Source: Mobula hypostoma
Taxonomy: Eukaryota
Direction: 5' to 3'
NCBI RefSeq assembly: GCF_963921235.1
Contig: NC_086109.1
Span: forward strand, 23,376,001 to 23,440,000
DNA: 64,000 nucleotides
In this document: positions 1 through 11,804 of the stretch, one piece after another
How the letters are laid out: every line of letters begins with the position of its first letter
Position numbering within the stretch: position 1 is the stretch's first letter
Program-made: the position numbers and the translations under genes
Notes under the pieces: model-generated
The model's input: only the letters and a program-made list of their open reading frames with translations
What the model was told of the DNA's origin: nothing
Database searches by the model: none

Positions 1-519
1 CCGCAACACCACGCGATTCTTCAATATCCTGACATCTACCAACCAGTGTCTTGAAAAAGCTTTCACCTTCTGGCCTAATCTACTTGTTACATCCTCAGTA
101 CTGACACTGTATACAGTAAATACACTGTTACATTGTGCAAAGCCCACACAAGCAACAAATAATGAAAAGCTGAGGGTGGGGGGGGGGCGGTTGGCATGGT
201 GGAAGAGCAGACTCATTCAGCAGTTCTGAAGATTTACCCAGTGATAAAGTTAAAGCAATTAAAGCAGTTTAATAGGCCCAGCAAGAAGATACAAAATATA
301 AAATGGAGGCAATTTCTGGTGAAGCAGCCATTTGGAGAAGGGCTATTTTGAGACTGATACCTAACTTGAGGCCCAAGTGTGGTGGGTTTTAGTAAGGAGT
401 TCTAATGATCCATTAAGATGGTGATGCATTCATGGAGTCAACTGAAAGTGTTATTGTCCTTTTTAAGTGTTTTTTTTTATGATCACAAGATCCTGCTGGA
501 TATTAAGAACTTGAAGTAC

Positions 520-670
520 CACATGGTAGCGTAACGACCAGCGTGACATTATTATGACTTGGGGGGGGGTCGGCGTTCGGAGTTCAATCCCAGCATCCCC
601 TGTAAGGAGTTTGTACGTCCTCCCTGAGAAACGTTTGGGTTTTCTCCATGTGCTCCAGTTTCCTTATCTC
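520..670 (+). mobile_element. tRNA-derived SINE, 5' part
   Basis: A-box-like tggtagcgtaacg, B-box-like ggagttcaatccc, then ctgtaaggagtttgtacgt...gggttttctcc..gtgctccagtttcc; reverse copies at ~5370-5660 and ~31420-31740. Approximate ends. Confidence 0.65.
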
Positions 671-1154
671 AAAATGCCTGAGCAAATCAAAATGCCTGGC
701 ACTGATCTCCCTATCCTCCATGTCATTCTCCTTGGTAAATACTGATGCATCTTACCTGCATACTCTGCATCCAAGCAAATGTTCTACCTTTTATCCAACA
801 CTTTCCCTAGTTATCCTTTTGCTGCTAATGTATGTATAGAAGGCATACATCCTACTTGCCAAGGGCTTTCATAGCCCCTGCTGGCTTTCCTAATTCCCTC
901 TTGAGTTCTTTTCTGGCTTCTCTATTATTATGAATGGCTCTTTGATTCCAGCTTCCTATGCTTTTCATACTTTTCCTTTTACTTCTTGACTAAATTCATC
1001 ACCTCTCTGAACATCCAAGGTTCTCTTATCCCTTCCCTCTGACTGGAACACACCTGCCCTATTCTCTGTGCAGCTGGTCTTTAAATATGGCTCCAATGCT
1101 ATATTTAATTTTGCTAGTGACACTATTGTCGTAGGCTGAATTAATGCTGGTGAC

Positions 1155-2090
1155 GAATCAGAATATAGGAGCTAGACTGAAAATCTGGCTGAGTGATGCA
1201 ACAACAACCTCTTGCTTGATATCAGCAATACCCAGGAGCTGATTATTGACTTCAAGAGAAGAAAACCATTGGCGAGCCCTCATCGGGGGATCCAAGGTGG
1301 AGAGGGTCAGCAATTTTAAATTCCTCAGCGTTATCATTTCAGAGGACCTGTCCTGGGCCCAGCACGTGTGCAATTATGAAGGAAGCACGGCAGAGCCTCT
1401 ATTTCCTGAGGAGTTTGTGAAGATTCAGTATGGCATCTAAAAATCTGACAAATTTTATAGATGTGTGGTGGAGAGTTTATTGACTGGCTGCATCCCAGCC
1501 TGGTATGGGAACACCAATGCCCTTGAATGGACAATCCTATAAAAAGTAGTGAATATGGCCCAGTCAATCATGGATAAAGCCCTCCCACTATTGAGCACAC
1601 CTCCATGAATCGTTGTCGCAGGAAAGCAGCGTCCATCATCAGGGACCCTCACTACTCAGGTTTTCTTTCTCTCCCTGCTGCCTTCAGGAAGAAGGTACGT
1701 GAGCCTCAGGAATCACATCACCAGGTTCAGGAACAGTTATTGCCCCTCAACCATCTGGATCTTGAACCAGAGGGAATAACTTCACTCAACTTCACTTGTC
1801 CCATCACTGAACTGTTCCCACAACCTATGGACTCACTTTCAAGGACTCTTTATCTCATGTTCTCAATATTTATTGTTTGTTTATTTATTACTTATTTTCC
1901 TTCTTTTCGTATTTGCACTGTTTTTGTCTCTTGCACTCTGGTTGTCTGCCCTGTTCGTGTGGTCTTTCACTGATTCTATTATAGTTATTGGAATTAATGA
2001 CTACGTCCACAAGAAAATAAATGTCAGAATTGTATATAATTACATACACAGTATGTTTGTACTTTGATAATAAATTTACTTTGAACTTTG
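1155..2090 (+). mobile_element. Decayed L2/Rex-Babar-type LINE 3' fragment with 3' UTR and (ctttgaa) tail
   Basis: Broken frames give VERVSNFKFLSVIISEDLSW and CRRKAASIIRDPHY; ends ataataaatttactttgaactttga; reverse copy at ~16480-17340. Confidence 0.75.
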
Positions 2091-2369
2091 AGTACCATCC
2101 ATACGTTGGTGTGGATTTGCTCAAAAACAGCTGTTCCCAATTGACTCTCCCTTATTCCTGTCTAATACTCCCATAATTTGCCCCGTTCCAATTTAATACC
2201 GTCCCACAAAGTCCATACTTGTCTTTATCTATAGCCATCTTAAAACTTAAGGAGTTGTGAACATTATTCCTCAATTGTCACCCACTGGAAGGTCGGTCAC
2301 CTAGCCAGGCTCATTACCCAACCCCAGGTCCAGTTCAGTCCCCCGTCTTGTTGTATTATCTATAATTGT

Positions 2370-3296
2370 TGTATTACACAACAATTGTAGGCCATATCTC
2401 GGGTAATGATGAGTTTGAGTACAGAGAGGAAATTAAGAACCTGGTGGCATGGTGTGAAGACAATAACCTATCCCTCAACGTCAGCAAGACGAAGGAATTG
2501 GTTGTTGACTTCGGAAGGAGTAGTGGACCGCACGACCCAATTTACATCGGTGGTGCGCAAGTGGAACAGGTCAAAAGCTTTAAGTTCCTCGGGGTCAATA
2601 TCACAAATGACCTGACTTGGTCCAACCAAGCAGAGTTCACTGCCAAGAAGGCCCATCAGCACCTTTACTTCCTGAGAAAACTAAAGAAATTTGGCCTGTC
2701 CCCTAAAACCTTCACTAATTTTTATAGATGCACCGTAGAAAGCATTCTTCTACGGTGCATCACAACCTGGTATGGAAGTTGTCCTGTCCACGACCAAAAG
2801 AAGCTGCAGAAGATCGTGAACACGGCGCAGCACATCACAGAAACAAATCTTCCGTCTGTGGACTCACTTTACGCCGCACGCTGTCGGAGCAGTGCTGCCA
2901 GGATAATCAAGGACACGACCCACCCAGCCAACACACTTTTCGTCCCTCTTCCCTCCGGGAGCAGGTTCAGGAGCTTGAAGACTCGTACGGCCAGATTTGG
3001 GAACAGCTTCTTTCCAATTGTGATAAGACTACTGAACGGATCCTGACCCAGATCAGGCCGTACCCTCCAAATATCTGGACCTGCCTCTCGGGTTTTTTTT
3101 GCACTACCTTCCCATTTTTCTATTTTCTATTTATGATTTATAATTTAAATTTTTAATATTTACTAATTTTGACTATTTTTAATATCTATAATATTTAATA
3201 TTTGTAATCCAGCGAGTGTGAAGCACAGAATCAAATATCGCTGTGATGATTGTAAGTTCTAGTACCAACTGTTTGGTGACAATAAAGTATAAAGTA
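2370..3296 (+). mobile_element. 5'-truncated Rex-Babar/L2-type LINE; RT C-terminal half still open (2366-3046)
   Basis: 226-aa ORF with (DD)TTIVG, WCEDNNLSLNVSKTKELVVDF, FKFLGVNI, LYFLRKLKK, FYRCTVESIL, LPSGSRFRS; AT-rich 3' UTR ending aataaagtataaagta; interrupts a minus-strand CR1 relic. Confidence 0.85.
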
Positions 3297-5369
3297 CATT
3301 GATTTAAGAAACTCTCCTGGATGCACCATCTAAAGCTCTTGCACTAAAACGTTTCCAGTTTATATATGGGCAGTTGAAGTCCCCTATGACAACAACCCTA
3401 TTGTTTTTATACCTTTCCATAACCTGCCTGCATATCTGTTCCTCAAGGTCCTTGTGGATGTGAAGGGTGGGGGTGGTGGTGGTGTTTGTAGTACAATCAG
3501 AGTGATTGTACCCTTCCTGTTTTCAAGTTCTATCCATACAGACTCGGTGGACATGCCTACATTATGTCCCTTTTGAGTACTGCTGTGATATTTTCTCTGA
3601 TTAGTGGTGCAACTTCCCCCTTTCCTTTTACCTCCCTCTATCTTTTTAGAGATAACATAGGTGGGGGGGATCACTTTAATGAATTAAGCTATAGTCCCCA
3701 ATAGTCAGCAGGAATTGGAGGAGTACGTATTTAGGAAATCACAGCTGGGTGCAACAATAATAGGATTGTAATAGTAGATAATTTTATCTTTCTTTTACTG
3801 AGACTGCCTCAGCGCTGAGAGATTTAGGGTAGAATGTGTTAACTGTGCCTAGGGAAGTTTTCTGAAGCACAGCATAGATGGCCCTACTAGAGAACGGGCT
3901 ACGTTTAACCTCCTCATCGGGAAATGGCAAGTGGTTAATGGGTGAGTGGGTGACAGCTATGGGAGCAGTGACCATAACGTGCTAAATTCTTGGGTGGAGA
4001 TTAGTTAGAATATTATGTATGATTCTGTTTGGTATGTGCAAGAAAGGATAGAGAAGGTGAGAGAAGAGGCAAAGGAAACTTGAGGGTTATGCCAAAACTG
4101 ATGCTAGATACAGAGGAAGGTCATGAGATTGTAAAAAGTCTATATTAATGTGAGCTATTTTTTTTAAATTCCACCGTGCTACCAAAACAGAGCAGTGGAG
4201 AGACAAACAACATTAAAATGTAATAGAATAGGGCAAGGATCAGGAGCTGGGCAAGGGGTAAAGGAATCCTAAATAAACTGGTAAATCTCAGATGGAGACT
4301 TATTTTTCAAATGTTAGATCTGTCTTTACCCCTCTGTTTCCTTGTCTGTAGCTTGTATTAATGTTATACAATGTAATGCTCTGTTTACTATATACAGTGT
4401 CAGTTCTACAAATCTGTTGTGGAACTGAACATGTAACAAAACACTGAGTCAGATCAAAGCAGTGGCTTTCATATTAAACAGTGAGAGGGAACTTCAGAGT
4501 ATTAAGTGAATAAATTTTCCTCCCCACTTCCATCTTAATTTCTCCGACTTTGTCAAAAGTATGTTGAAGCAGAACTTAATCACTAATAACTTGCTCACCT
4601 GTGCCTTATTTGGATTTTGCTAAGGACTTTTGGCTCCAGACCTTCTCACAGCCTTGGTCCAAACATGGACCACACAGCTGAAAAACAGAGTAGTTGCGAG
4701 AATATCCATCTTTGTCGTCGAGGCAGCATTTGATTGAATGTGGCATCAATAAGTCCAGGTAAAAGTGAAGTCAATGGGCATTAAGGGGGAAACTCTTGGG
4801 TGGTTGGAGTCAATACTCGCAAAAAGGAAGATGGTTGTCTTTGTTGGAGGTCAGTTACCCCAGCCTTAGGATATCACTGCAGAAATTCTTCATGGTTGTG
4901 TCATAGGCAACACCATCTTCTGCTGCTTCATCAATGATCTTTATAGAAGTAGGATATTTGTTGAAAAATGAGTCTCCATCTGAGTTTTACCAGTTTATTT
5001 AGGGTTTTGTACAAGGCCATATGTAGTGGGAGCGGGTGGGGCTATTAATGTCTTTATCTAAAACCCAAACACCTTATCAAGGACAGAAGTTCTGGCTGGC
5101 TGCTCTTTCAGTATTGTTAGGTCTCGGAATTTGATAGGAATCACTGGGAATTCCCTTTCCAAATATATTGTGAAGAACTGTCATCAGAATGACCGTGGTT
5201 GATTAATAAGGAAGCACATCTCAATCTTTTGAGGGCATTTGCAGATGGACACTACATGTACACTCAGTGGCCATTTTATTAGTTACGTCTGTACACTTGC
5301 TTGTTAACGCAAATATCTATTCAGCCAATCATGTGGCAGCAACTCAATGCATAAAAGCATGCAAGCATT

Positions 5370-5660
5370 TTATTTATTTATCTATTTATTGAGATACAGC
5401 ATGGGATACGCCTTTCAGTCCCTTGGGCTAGGTGGCTCAGAACCCCAACTTAACCCCAGTCTAATCATGGGACAATTTACAATGACCAACTAACCTACTA
5501 ACTTTGGATTGTGAGAGGAAACTGGAGCACACAGAGGAAACCCACACAGTTCCGGAGTGCACATACAAATTCCTTACAGACAGTGGCGGGGATTGATCCT
5601 GGGTTGCTGATAGTTTAATGCATTGTGCTAATCATGATGCTACTGTGACACCCTTACATT
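5370..5660 (-). mobile_element. tRNA-derived SINE inserted in Tc1
   Basis: (ttta)n tail at left; gaggaaactggagcac..gaggaaacccac and reversed B-box ggattgatcc at right. Approximate ends. Confidence 0.65.
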
Positions 5661-6103
5661 GTATAACAAAAACATGGTCAAGAGACTCAGTTGTTGTTCA
5701 GACCAAATATCAAAATGGGGCAGAAATGGGATATAAGTGACTTTGACTATAGAATCATCATTGGTACCAGATGTGGTTTGGGTATTTCAGAAACTGCTGA
5801 TCTCCTGAGACTTTCACGCACAACAGTCTCTAGAGTTTACAGAGAATGGTGCAAGAAACAAAAAAGACATTCCGTGAACAGCAGTTCTGTGGGCGATAAC
5901 GCCTTGTTAATGAGAGTGGTCAGAGGAGAATGGCCAGACTCATTTAAACTGACAGGAAAGCGACAGTAACTCAAAATAATCACGCGTTAGAACCCTGGTG
6001 TGCAGAAAAGAGTCTCCGTATGCACAACATGTTGAACCTTGAAGTGGATGTGGTACAGCAGCAGAAAACCCTGAACCCACTCAGTAATCGCTTTATTAGG
6101 CAC

Positions 6104-6389
6104 TGTAGCAGTGTGCTACACACGGTGCTAGAATAACCACACGGAGTCGGTGAGTTAGAGTTGCGATGAAAGAGATTTATTCAAACTTCGTGGCCTGCTT
6201 TAAAGCCTTCCCGCTCCCGCCCTCTCTGGGGTGGGACTGCTGTGGGGAATGCATTTTCCCAGACTCTTTCCGCGCGTGGGATTTTCCCCCTGCTGGTGAA
6301 GATGGCCTGGCGTCCTTTTTGGGGCCAACCCTCTGCCTGTGCGCGCTGTTGTGAGCCGGTTCGTGTGTGCCAGAAAGTGGGTCGCTACA
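6104..6389 (-). repeat. 3' LTR of Gypsy element
   Basis: tgtagc...gctaca; direct repeat of 10153-10438 with about 18 mismatches by manual count; adjacent C run at 6393-6403 is the minus-strand PPT. Confidence 0.95.
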
Positions 6390-6403
6390 TAACCCCCCCC
6401 CCC

Positions 6404-9400
6404 TCAGAACCGGCGATACCTCCCCCAATGTCCACAGTCTGGATCGGCCTCTGTTTGGGAGGTCTGCCTCTGCACCACGGTGCCTGAGCCTGGACCAGCT
6501 GCGCCAAGTCCACATGGGCCGGTTTGAGTCGGACACACCGTGAAAACCTCCTCTCTCCCCCCAATGTCCAGCACGAACGTGGACCCGTTGTTCCTGATCA
6601 CCTTAAACGGCCCCTCGTAGGGCCGCTGTAGCGGTGCCCAGTGTCCGCCTCGTCGTACAGAAAGAAACTTACAGTTCTGCAGGTCTTTGGGTACGCAAGT
6701 CGGGCTCTGTCCGTGCTGTGAAGTGGGGATGGGGGCCAGGTTACCGAGCCTCTCCCGTAGTCTGTCCAGGACTGCTGTGGGTTCTTCCTCTTGCCCCCTT
6801 GGGGCTGGTATGAACTCTCCTGGGACTACCAGGGGTGCGCCGTACTCCAACTCGGCTGACGAGGTGCGCAGATCCTCTTTGGGCGCCGTGCGGATTCCGA
6901 GCAGGACCCAGGGAAGTTCGTCCACCCAGTTAGGCACCTCCAGGCGGGCCATGAGAGCCGATTTCAGGTGACGGTGGAAGCGCTCCACTAGTCCGTTCGA
7001 CTGTGGGTGGTAGGCAGTTGTGTGGTGTAGCTGAGATCCTAAAAGGTTGGCCATAGCCGACAACAGGCTGGAGGTGAACTGGGCGCCCCTGTCAGAGGTA
7101 ATGTGGGCAGGTACCCCGAAGCGGGCTACCCAGGTTGCGATCAGTGCTCGGGTGCAGGTTTCGGAGGTGGTGTTGGTGAGCGGGACTGCCTCTGGCCATC
7201 TGGTGAACCGGTCTATCATAGTTAGGAGGTACTGCGCTCCTCGTGACACTGGTAGGGGCCCCACGATATCCATATGGATGTGGTCGAACCTCTGGCGGGT
7301 GGGTTCGAACCGCTGCGGTGGAGCCTTGGTGTGCCGCTGCACCTTGGCCGTTTGGCACTGCATGCACGTTTTGGCCCATTCACTGACCTGCTTACGAAGT
7401 CCATGCCACACGAACCTGTTGGCGACCAGCTGGACGGTTGTCCTGATGGAGGGGTGCGCTAAGTTCTGAATGGACTCGAAAACCCGCCAGCGCCAGTCTG
7501 CTGGGACGACAGGGCGGGGTTGGCCGGTAGGGTCCTCTCACTTGGGCTACGGGGAGGTCTTGGAGCTGCAAACCGGAGACTGCAGTCCTGTAACTGGGGA
7601 TCTCAGCGTCTGTCTGCTGTGCCTCTGCCAGCACTGCATAGTCCACCCCCTGGGACAGGGCCTGTATGGTAGGTCTGGAAAGTGCGTCCGCCATGACGTT
7701 GTCCTTTCCAGAGACATGCCGGATGTCCGTCGTGTACTCGGAGTTGTAGGACAGATGTCGTTGCTGGCGAGACGACCAGGGGTCGGACACCTTCATGAAC
7801 GCAAAGGTAAGCGGTTTGTGGTCTGTGAACGCGGTGAAGGGCCTACCTTCTAAGAAGTACCCGAAATGCCGGATTGCCAGGTATAGTGCCAATAGCTCCC
7901 AGTCGAAAGCACTGTATTTGAGTTCAGATGGTTGTAGGTGTTTGCTGAAGAACGCCAGGGGTTGCCAGCGACCCTCGATGAGTTGTTCCAGCACTCCACT
8001 GACCACTGTGTTGGAAGCGTCCACCATGAGGGCAGTAGGAATGTCCGTTCTGGGGTGCACTAGCATCGCGGTGTTTGCCAAGGCTTCTTTGGTTTTAATG
8101 AAAGCGGTTGTGGCCTCTTTGTCCCAGGTAATGTCCTTGCCCTTACCCGACATTAGGGTGAACAGGGGGCGCATGGTTCAGGCTGCTGAGGGGAGGAAAC
8201 GGTGGTAAAAATTCACCATACCCACGAATTCCTGCAAGCCTTTGATTGTGTTGGGTCGGGGGAAGTTGCGGACCGCGTCTACCTTGGCGGGCAGCGGGGT
8301 TGCCCCGTCTTTAGTAATCCTGTGGCCCAGGAAGTCGATGGTGTCGAGTCCGAACTGGCATTTGGCTGGGTTGATTGTAAGGCCGAATTCGCTCAGGCGG
8401 GAGTAGAGCTGGTGGAGGTGGGACAGATGCTCCTGCCGACTACTGCTGGCTATGAGGATGTCATCCAAATAGATGAATGCAAAGTCCAGGTCGCGTCCCA
8501 CCACGTCCATTAGCCGCTGGAAAGTCTGTGCGGCATTCTTTAGACCAAACGGCATTCGGAGGAATTCGAAAAGTCCGATCGGGGTGATAAGTGCTGTTTT
8601 GGGGATGTCGTCCGGATGTACAGGGATTTGATGGTATCCCCGGACGAGGTCTACCTTGGAAAAGATCCTTGCACCGTGTAGGTTTGCTGCGAAGTCTTGA
8701 ATGTGCGGCACAGGGTAGCGGTCTGGCGTTGTAGCCTCGTTCAGTCTGCAGTAGTCACCGCATGGTCTCCAGCCCCCCGTTGCCTTGGGCACCATGTGAA
8801 GGGGGGAGGCCCAGGGGCTGTCGGACCGTCGTATGATCCCCAATTCCTCCATCTTCTTGAACGCCTCCTTCGCCAGTCGGAGCTTGTCCGTGGGAAGCCT
8901 TCGAGCACGGGCGTGGAGGGGTGGTCCCTGGGTCGGGATGTGGTGCTGTATTCCGTGTCTGGGCATGGCTGCCGTGAACTGCGGTGTCAGTACTGATGGG
9001 AAATCCGCCAGGACCCTGGTGAATTCACCGTCGGACAGCGTGATGGAGTCCAGGTGTGGGGCTGGCAACTGTGCTTCACCCAGGGAGAACGTTTGAAAAG
9101 TCTTGGCGTGGACTAATTGCTTCCCTTGCAGGTCGACCAGCAGGCTGTGGGCTCGTAGAAAATCTGCCCCCAGTAGTGGTTGGGCCACGGCGGCCAGTGT
9201 GAAGTCCCACGTGAACCGGCTGGAGCTGAACTGTAGCCGCACCGTGCGGGTGCCGTAGGTTCGTATTGTGCTGCCATTAGCGGCCCTCAGGGTGGGTCCT
9301 GGTTCTCTGTTGCGGGTGTCGTAACTCGTTGGAGGTAAGACGCTGATCTCCGCTCCGGTGTCGACCAAAAAGCGGCGTCCCGACTGCTTGTCCCAGACGT

Positions 9401-10112
9401 ACAGGAGGCTGTCCTGATGGCCAGCCGCCGTAGCCATCAGCGGCGGCTGGGCCCTGGCGTTTCCCGGGAATTTGCAGGGCGGTCTGCAGCGGCGGGCCTC
9501 TGTGCCCCACCGCTGGTGGTAGAAGCACCATTGTTCGTTGGGCTCTGCTGCCGGGCCTGGTCTGGTCTGTCGTTGGGCACGCGGCTTGGTGATCTGTGTG
9601 ACAGGCGCCCCTCTCTCTATCCTGGCATTCCACAGCACATCTGCTCGGGCCGCCACCTCCCGGGGGTTGCTGAAATCTGCATTGGACAGCAGCAGGCATA
9701 TGTCCTCGGGCAGTTGCTCTAGGAACGCCTGCTCAAACATGAGGCAGGGTTTGTGCCCTTCAGCCAGGGCCAGCATCTCGTTCATTAATGCTGACAGCGG
9801 ATTGTCTCCCAAACCATCCAGGTGCATTAAGCGGCGTGCTCGTTCGCGCCGTGAGAGTCCGAAAGTCCTTATGAGCAGGGCTTTGAATGCTGTGTATTTG
9901 CCGTCCTCCGGGGCGACTGTATAAACTCCTCAACTTGTGCAGCAGTCTCCTGGTCGAGAGAGCTCAGCACGTAGTAGTAACGAGTGGACTCCGAGGTTAT
10001 CTGCCGAATGTGGAATTGTGCTTCTGCTTGTTCGAACCATAATTGGAGTCGCAGCGTCCAGAAGCTTGGCAGTTTTTAACGAAACTGCGTGAACAGATGC
10101 AGCGTCGGTCAT
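6404..10112 (-). pseudogene. Gypsy gag-pol polyprotein, interrupted
   Basis: Start MTDAASVHAVSLK at 10112; knuckle [18 protein letters not shown]; protease LVDTGA; RT YLDD; RNaseH DAS..ELLA..TDHKPL..ADALSR; integrase C..C, DIVGP, SDRG, ERFH, GPF. Stop at 8178-8180 and frameshifts near 7400-7540, ~9920 and ~10070. Confidence 0.92.
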
Positions 10113-10136
10113 CTCTGGTCCAAATATCGTTTGGGC

Positions 10137-10150
10137 CGTCGGGGTCACCA
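10137..10150 (-). promoter_or_regulatory. Primer binding site, tRNA-Trp
   Basis: Minus strand TGGTGACCCCGACG 2 nt after the 5' LTR; complementary to the tRNA-Trp 3' end (...CGUCGGGGUCACCA). Confidence 0.85.
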
Positions 10151-10152
10151 AT

Positions 10153-10438
10153 TGTAGCGGTGTGCTACACACAGCGCTAGAATAACCACACGGAGTCGGT
10201 GAGTTAGAGTTGCGATGAAAGAGATTTATTCAAACTTCGCGGCCTGCTTTAAAGCCTTCCCGTTCCTGCCCTCCCTGGGGCGGGACTGCTGTGGGGAATG
10301 CATATTCCCAGACCCTTTCTGCGCGCGGGATTTTCCCCCTGCTGGTGAAGATGGCCTGGCGCCCTTTTTGGGGCCGGCCCTCTGCCTGCGCGCGCTGTTG
10401 TGAGCCGGTTCGTGGGTGCCAGAAAGTGGGTCGCCACA
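10153..10438 (-). repeat. 5' LTR of Gypsy element
   Basis: Direct repeat of 6104-6389, followed by the PBS on the minus strand. Confidence 0.95.
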
Positions 10439-10834
10439 ACACCACCTATATCTGGTAAAGTGGCCACTGAGTGTATCTGGGAATAAATCACTGGGTCACA
10501 AGTAAATGGAAGGTTTTTATGTTTATTCACGGCTTGTGAATGGTGTTATTTATCTGCCATTTCAGATCCATCCCTAATTGTACCATGACTACTTCCTCAC
10601 CTCTCCAAACTCTGAACTGTCTAATTGCATGCTTTGAGACAGCAACAGTAAGACTGTGGGTGGATCTGGTGACATAGACATGGGAATGGTCAAAGAGGCA
10701 AGATTTTCTTTCCTAAATGACTTTAGGGATCTAGGTGATTTTATATATGATGCTTTATTAATTTCATGTGTACCTGTAATGATTATTTTTGTTTGAATTT
10801 TGTATTTATTTAATTAAGTGACAATTTAATTTAA

Positions 10835-10935
10835 TGGAGAAACATTGCATCATTTCTTAATGCATGCATTATTAAATGACAATAAAAGAGGACTGCGTGT
10901 CCTCATAATCTAATCTAATCTAATCTAATTTAATC
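10835..10935 (+). repeat. Short LINE 3' tail with (aatct)n
   Basis: aaatgacaataaaagaggactgcgtgtcctcataatctaatct recurs at ~22000-22050 and reversed at ~30932-31030. Confidence 0.6.
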
Positions 10936-11804
10936 TCCCCGACTGTCCCGCAGGAATTACTGTCTGTGAGCACCAGTTTAGGACTTTGCATTCTAGTTCT
11001 GTAACATAACGGTTGCATTACAATTCAACTGGGTGCTTTACGTGCAAAATTTGCTCAAATTACAGCACGATTCCCCCAGTAAATAGAAATGGATGGTGTT
11101 TTGGTGATTCTTTAATGATTTTTGTTGACGTTTCAGGAACAGCTCCTTCCCCTCTGCCATCAGATTTCTGAATGGGCAATGAAACTATGAACGCTACCTC
11201 AGTATTTTTCCGTCTCTTTTTGCACTACTTATTTTTAAAATATTCTTATTGTAGTTCATAGTTTTTATTATTTAGTATGCAATGTACTGCTGTCACAAAA
11301 CAACAATGACATATACCGGTAATATTAAACCTGATTTTTATTCTGATTTTATATTCCTTTAGTGTGAGGAATATGGAGATGTTCTTGAGCCATTGTGTGT
11401 TGACTCAATGTGTCCCTTCAGCATCTCCTCTACGGCTTGTCTTGAAGCAATATATTAATGCATTGTGAAGCTGCACATTATTGAAGCCATTAATCATGGC
11501 ACTGTTCAGGAGTCTTTGGGTATAGCTGTCATATCTCAGCTCTGGTGCTCATTCCCAGAACTCCCTCGGTCCCTGTCAAGATAAAGTTAACCCTTTCAGC
11601 AGCTTATGACTTACCAGAAGATATTTGCTGTTGCATGAATAAATGTTTGACTAACATTTCACCAATAGACGGTAAAAGACTTTTGTTGCTATTTATTGTT
11701 ATTTTGCACTGAACAATATAGCTTGCTCAGAATTACGTCATTTCAATGTATCTTCAGAGACTTGAGCCCAAAACCTAAGCTGCACTGTTACATTTGCCAG
11801 GTTT

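Larger units (their letters stand above)
6104..10438 (-). mobile_element. Full-length Gypsy (Ty3/Gypsy, CsRn1-like) LTR retrotransposon, disabled
   Basis: Two 286-bp TG..CA LTRs, PBS, PPT, gag-PR-RT-RNaseH-IN order; flanks gcac (6100-6103) / acac (10439-10442) fit a 4-bp TSD with one mismatch. Confidence 0.95.
5261..10473 (+). mobile_element. Internally deleted Tc1 DNA transposon hosting a SINE and a Gypsy element
   Basis: TA|cactcagtggcca at 5259-5273 and tggccactgagtg|TA at 10461-10475; ORF 5691-5969 is a Tc1 N-terminal HTH (DISDFDYRIIIG..ISETADLLRLSRTTVSRVYREW). Confidence 0.85.

Noticed and set aside
6166..6354. Duplicated small ORF MKEIYSNF.. (also 10215-10403)
   Set aside because: Lies antisense within the two LTRs; LTR duplication explains it.
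6687..9924. Plus-strand and alternate-frame ORFs over the Gypsy body
   Set aside because: Shadows of GC-rich gag-pol with no recognisable domains.
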